Below, piece by piece: positions 61,555 to 64,000 of a stretch of 64,000 bases of DNA. How positions within the stretch are numbered: position 1 is the stretch's first letter; every line of letters starts with the position of its first letter. The notes under the pieces were generated by a model. The model saw only the letters and a program-made list of their open reading frames with translations. It ran no database searches and was not told the DNA's origin. The position numbers were made by a program, and so were the translations under genes. This DNA is from Squalus acanthias (lineage: Eukaryota), in assembly GCA_030390025.1 (NCBI GenBank), contig CM059432.1:123382001-123446000 (forward strand). Direction: 5' to 3'.

Positions 61555-62092
61555 GTTTGGGAGAGATGAGAAGGTTAACGAGTGACCTGATCAAGATCTT
61601 CAAGGTTATGAAGGATTATGATTAAGATAAATAATGGCCGATTGTTTTCGCTGGTTGGCGAGACAGGGTAATAAGAGAAAACAAATTTAAGATGATCAAG
61701 AAAAGAATTAAAAGAGGAAATGAGAAGTTTTTTTGTCATGGGGCATGGTCAGAATGTAACTTTCTCTACCACAAAATTATGTTCAATTAAACCAGCATTA
61801 AAACTATCATACTCGTCACCCACTCAGACCTCGACTGGACTCCCATGATCTCTCCCAACCTTTCGCTGCCTCCACCAGCCTCTCCTGCACAGATTCGCTC
61901 GGATGTTAACAGGCAGCAGGGGCTACAGGTATAAAAGCAGAGTCTGTAAATTACTTTAAAACAGAATTAGATAATTGTTTGAAACAGAGGGACATTAAAG
62001 AGAATGGAGGGCAAAATGGGTTAGACATGTGGAGAAAAAACATCAGCACAGACTTGATAGGCCAAATGGCCTGTTCCTGTGCTGTAACCTGA
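61555..62092 (+). mobile_element. Highly decayed CR1 3' fragment
   Basis: GAGAAGGTTAACGAGTGACCTGATC (RRLRGDL-like) and tail GGCCAAATGGCCTGTTCCTGTGCTGTAAC. Confidence 0.55.
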
Positions 62093-64000
62093 TATGAGTC
62101 CCCAGCTTCTACTCCTTGTAGGTTTTTTGATCAGCTTTCCCAATGGTTGTCCTCAGCTACACTGGGCTTACATGTGAGAGGAGAGAAGGATGTTTGCCTA
62201 TCACGTCCATTATGCCTCACTCCCTGAGCTCGAAGTAATGTCCTGGTCTCAGACGCTTTTCCAGGCCACCTCTCTCTGTCAGACAGTGGCCTCCCATGTC
62301 CCAGGCCCACACCCGATTACTGTTTCGGGCAGCCTAACTCCATCAGGCAGTCTCCATATTTCTGTCACTGCTGGTAATATGCTGTGAGCCTGGTCACTTC
62401 CCTTGGCTGCTTTTTTCTCTCAGGCAGCTGCCTACCATATCCAATACATTGCATATACCTACAACGGTCACCATGGTTCAGCGCACACCAGTGCTTGTAG
62501 ACCCCATGAAATCCAACCCCCGCCACTCCCCCGCGCCCGCCCCCGTTGCCACCGCCCGAGTACTCCGAAATCCCTCGGTGGTTCAATTACTGCCTTGTAA
62601 CATTTCTAACCATGAGTTATCCGACATTTAATAATGAGCTAATCTTGCGGTTTTTAAGGAGATGTGTTTGGGTTAATGACGCATTCTGATTAATTCTGCA
62701 GCACAGATGAAAACAAGCACAAATGCCCCACTCTGCTGATATGTTTAATGCAACTGACACTCTCTCATTCCCTTTCCCTCCATAACAACAGTCGCTGCTC
62801 CTCAAAATTAACATGTCACCTGAAGTACTTTGAGACATTTCAATGACATGACCAGGTGCTTATTTCATTTCCATTTTTTTTTGTTAAGAAATATTAGTTT
62901 ACATTATGTACATTTAACATTTAAATTTAAAATGTCAAATTAATTAATTATTGATCGTGAGACCAACTAGACCCTCAGGTCCCATCGCCATGGAAACGAC
63001 CACTGCAGCACACGAGTTCTTCTTAGCAGTCATTTACAGATTAAATTACACAGGCAATGCTGCAGCCAGTGGGGATATAGAGATCTCTGGCGTTACCGGT
63101 AGAGAATCATACAGCACAGAAGGAGGCCATTCGGCCCATCGTTCCTGTGCTGGCTCTTTGAAAGAGCTATCTAATTAGTCTCATTCCCCCTGCTTTTTCC
63201 CCGTAGCCCTGCAAATCTTTCCTTTTCAAGTAAAGATCCAATTCCCAGTATACCGCTGGTATGTATACCAGCAGCGGTGAATCCATGGACACCTACTCTG
63301 GGGAACAATGTGACTCTTTGGTCACGGCACGAATGATCCTGGTTGTGGATTGAAAGGAGGTGTTGCACCTTCATCCAACCGGCAATGCGTTTCAGAATCC
63401 GGCAGTAGGAGGCAAAGTAGGGCAGATTTCAGGCTGCGCGCGTTTCAGTCTGAACTGCCTTACAACCTTTGCTTTAATCTGCCCTTTCCCATCTCATTTA
63501 CAGCAAATGTTAGGGCAGTGAGATTGCAACATCCTGTTGGATTTTTAGAATGTATGCGCTTAAAAACCTAGTCAATCGGCTGCAAAGTGACTGATTTGTT
63601 TGATGACTAGTTTGTTCCAACAGTGAATCTTGTGCATGCTGTAAAATACTGTAGGAGTTGTGACTCAGTAACATCACTAGTTCTGTGGGTGTTCTAATTT
63701 CAATTGTACTCATTCCTAAATCAGTGGAGGAAGCTCTGCATAGATCATTGCCAAGGATAAAGTATGCATGGATTAAATCTATTTATAAGAGTATTATACT
63801 TAAGCTTAATAATCAATGAAAATCTATTACAGATCAATAAGCACATTAACCTATAACCTTAGATTCTCTTGCTTCATACTCCTCTTGGCTAATTATTAAC
63901 CCACAAAGGTTACTTATAAACTTCCCTATAAAGATCACGCCTGCTGTTAATCAAAACCGTCCAGTTTCTATGACCACCTGGTAGGTTGCAGGGAAATTTT

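Noticed and set aside
47489..64000. DOK6 exon 1 (MASNFNDIVKQGYV..)
   Set aside because: No matching sequence or CpG-island promoter was seen; it presumably lies beyond the window end.

Overview
Eukaryotic, repeat-dense vertebrate DNA. The repeat families (CR1/HER1-type and L2 LINEs, Deu-domain tRNA SINEs, HE1/V-SINEs, LF-SINE-like elements, Penelope fragments) point to a cartilaginous fish (shark). The window lies inside DOK6 on the minus strand: coding exon 2 (47381-47488) and exon 3 (3254-3368) are separated by a 44-kb intron, and exon 1 was not found in the window. The main accessory system is a PIF/Harbinger DNA transposon family. One 3.96-kb copy (7275-11230) is inserted in a CR1 LINE and has an intact 386-aa DDE transposase and an intact 3-exon, 459-aa Myb/SANT partner gene, but it has lost its right terminus. 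Three closely related non-autonomous copies (13018-14479, 55691-56474, 59154-59826) keep that terminus. Several older Myb-bearing derivatives are also present; one (16339-18697) carries two internal inverted duplications and resembles a hairpin 'killer' allele. Other notable structures are a 118-bp near-perfect inverted repeat that encloses a Penelope-type minimal hammerhead ribozyme, a 2.85-kb CCAAT-box satellite with a 557-bp higher-order duplication, and a 13-bp minisatellite. Repeat boundaries were read by eye and are approximate unless a TIR, TSD or splice site is given.
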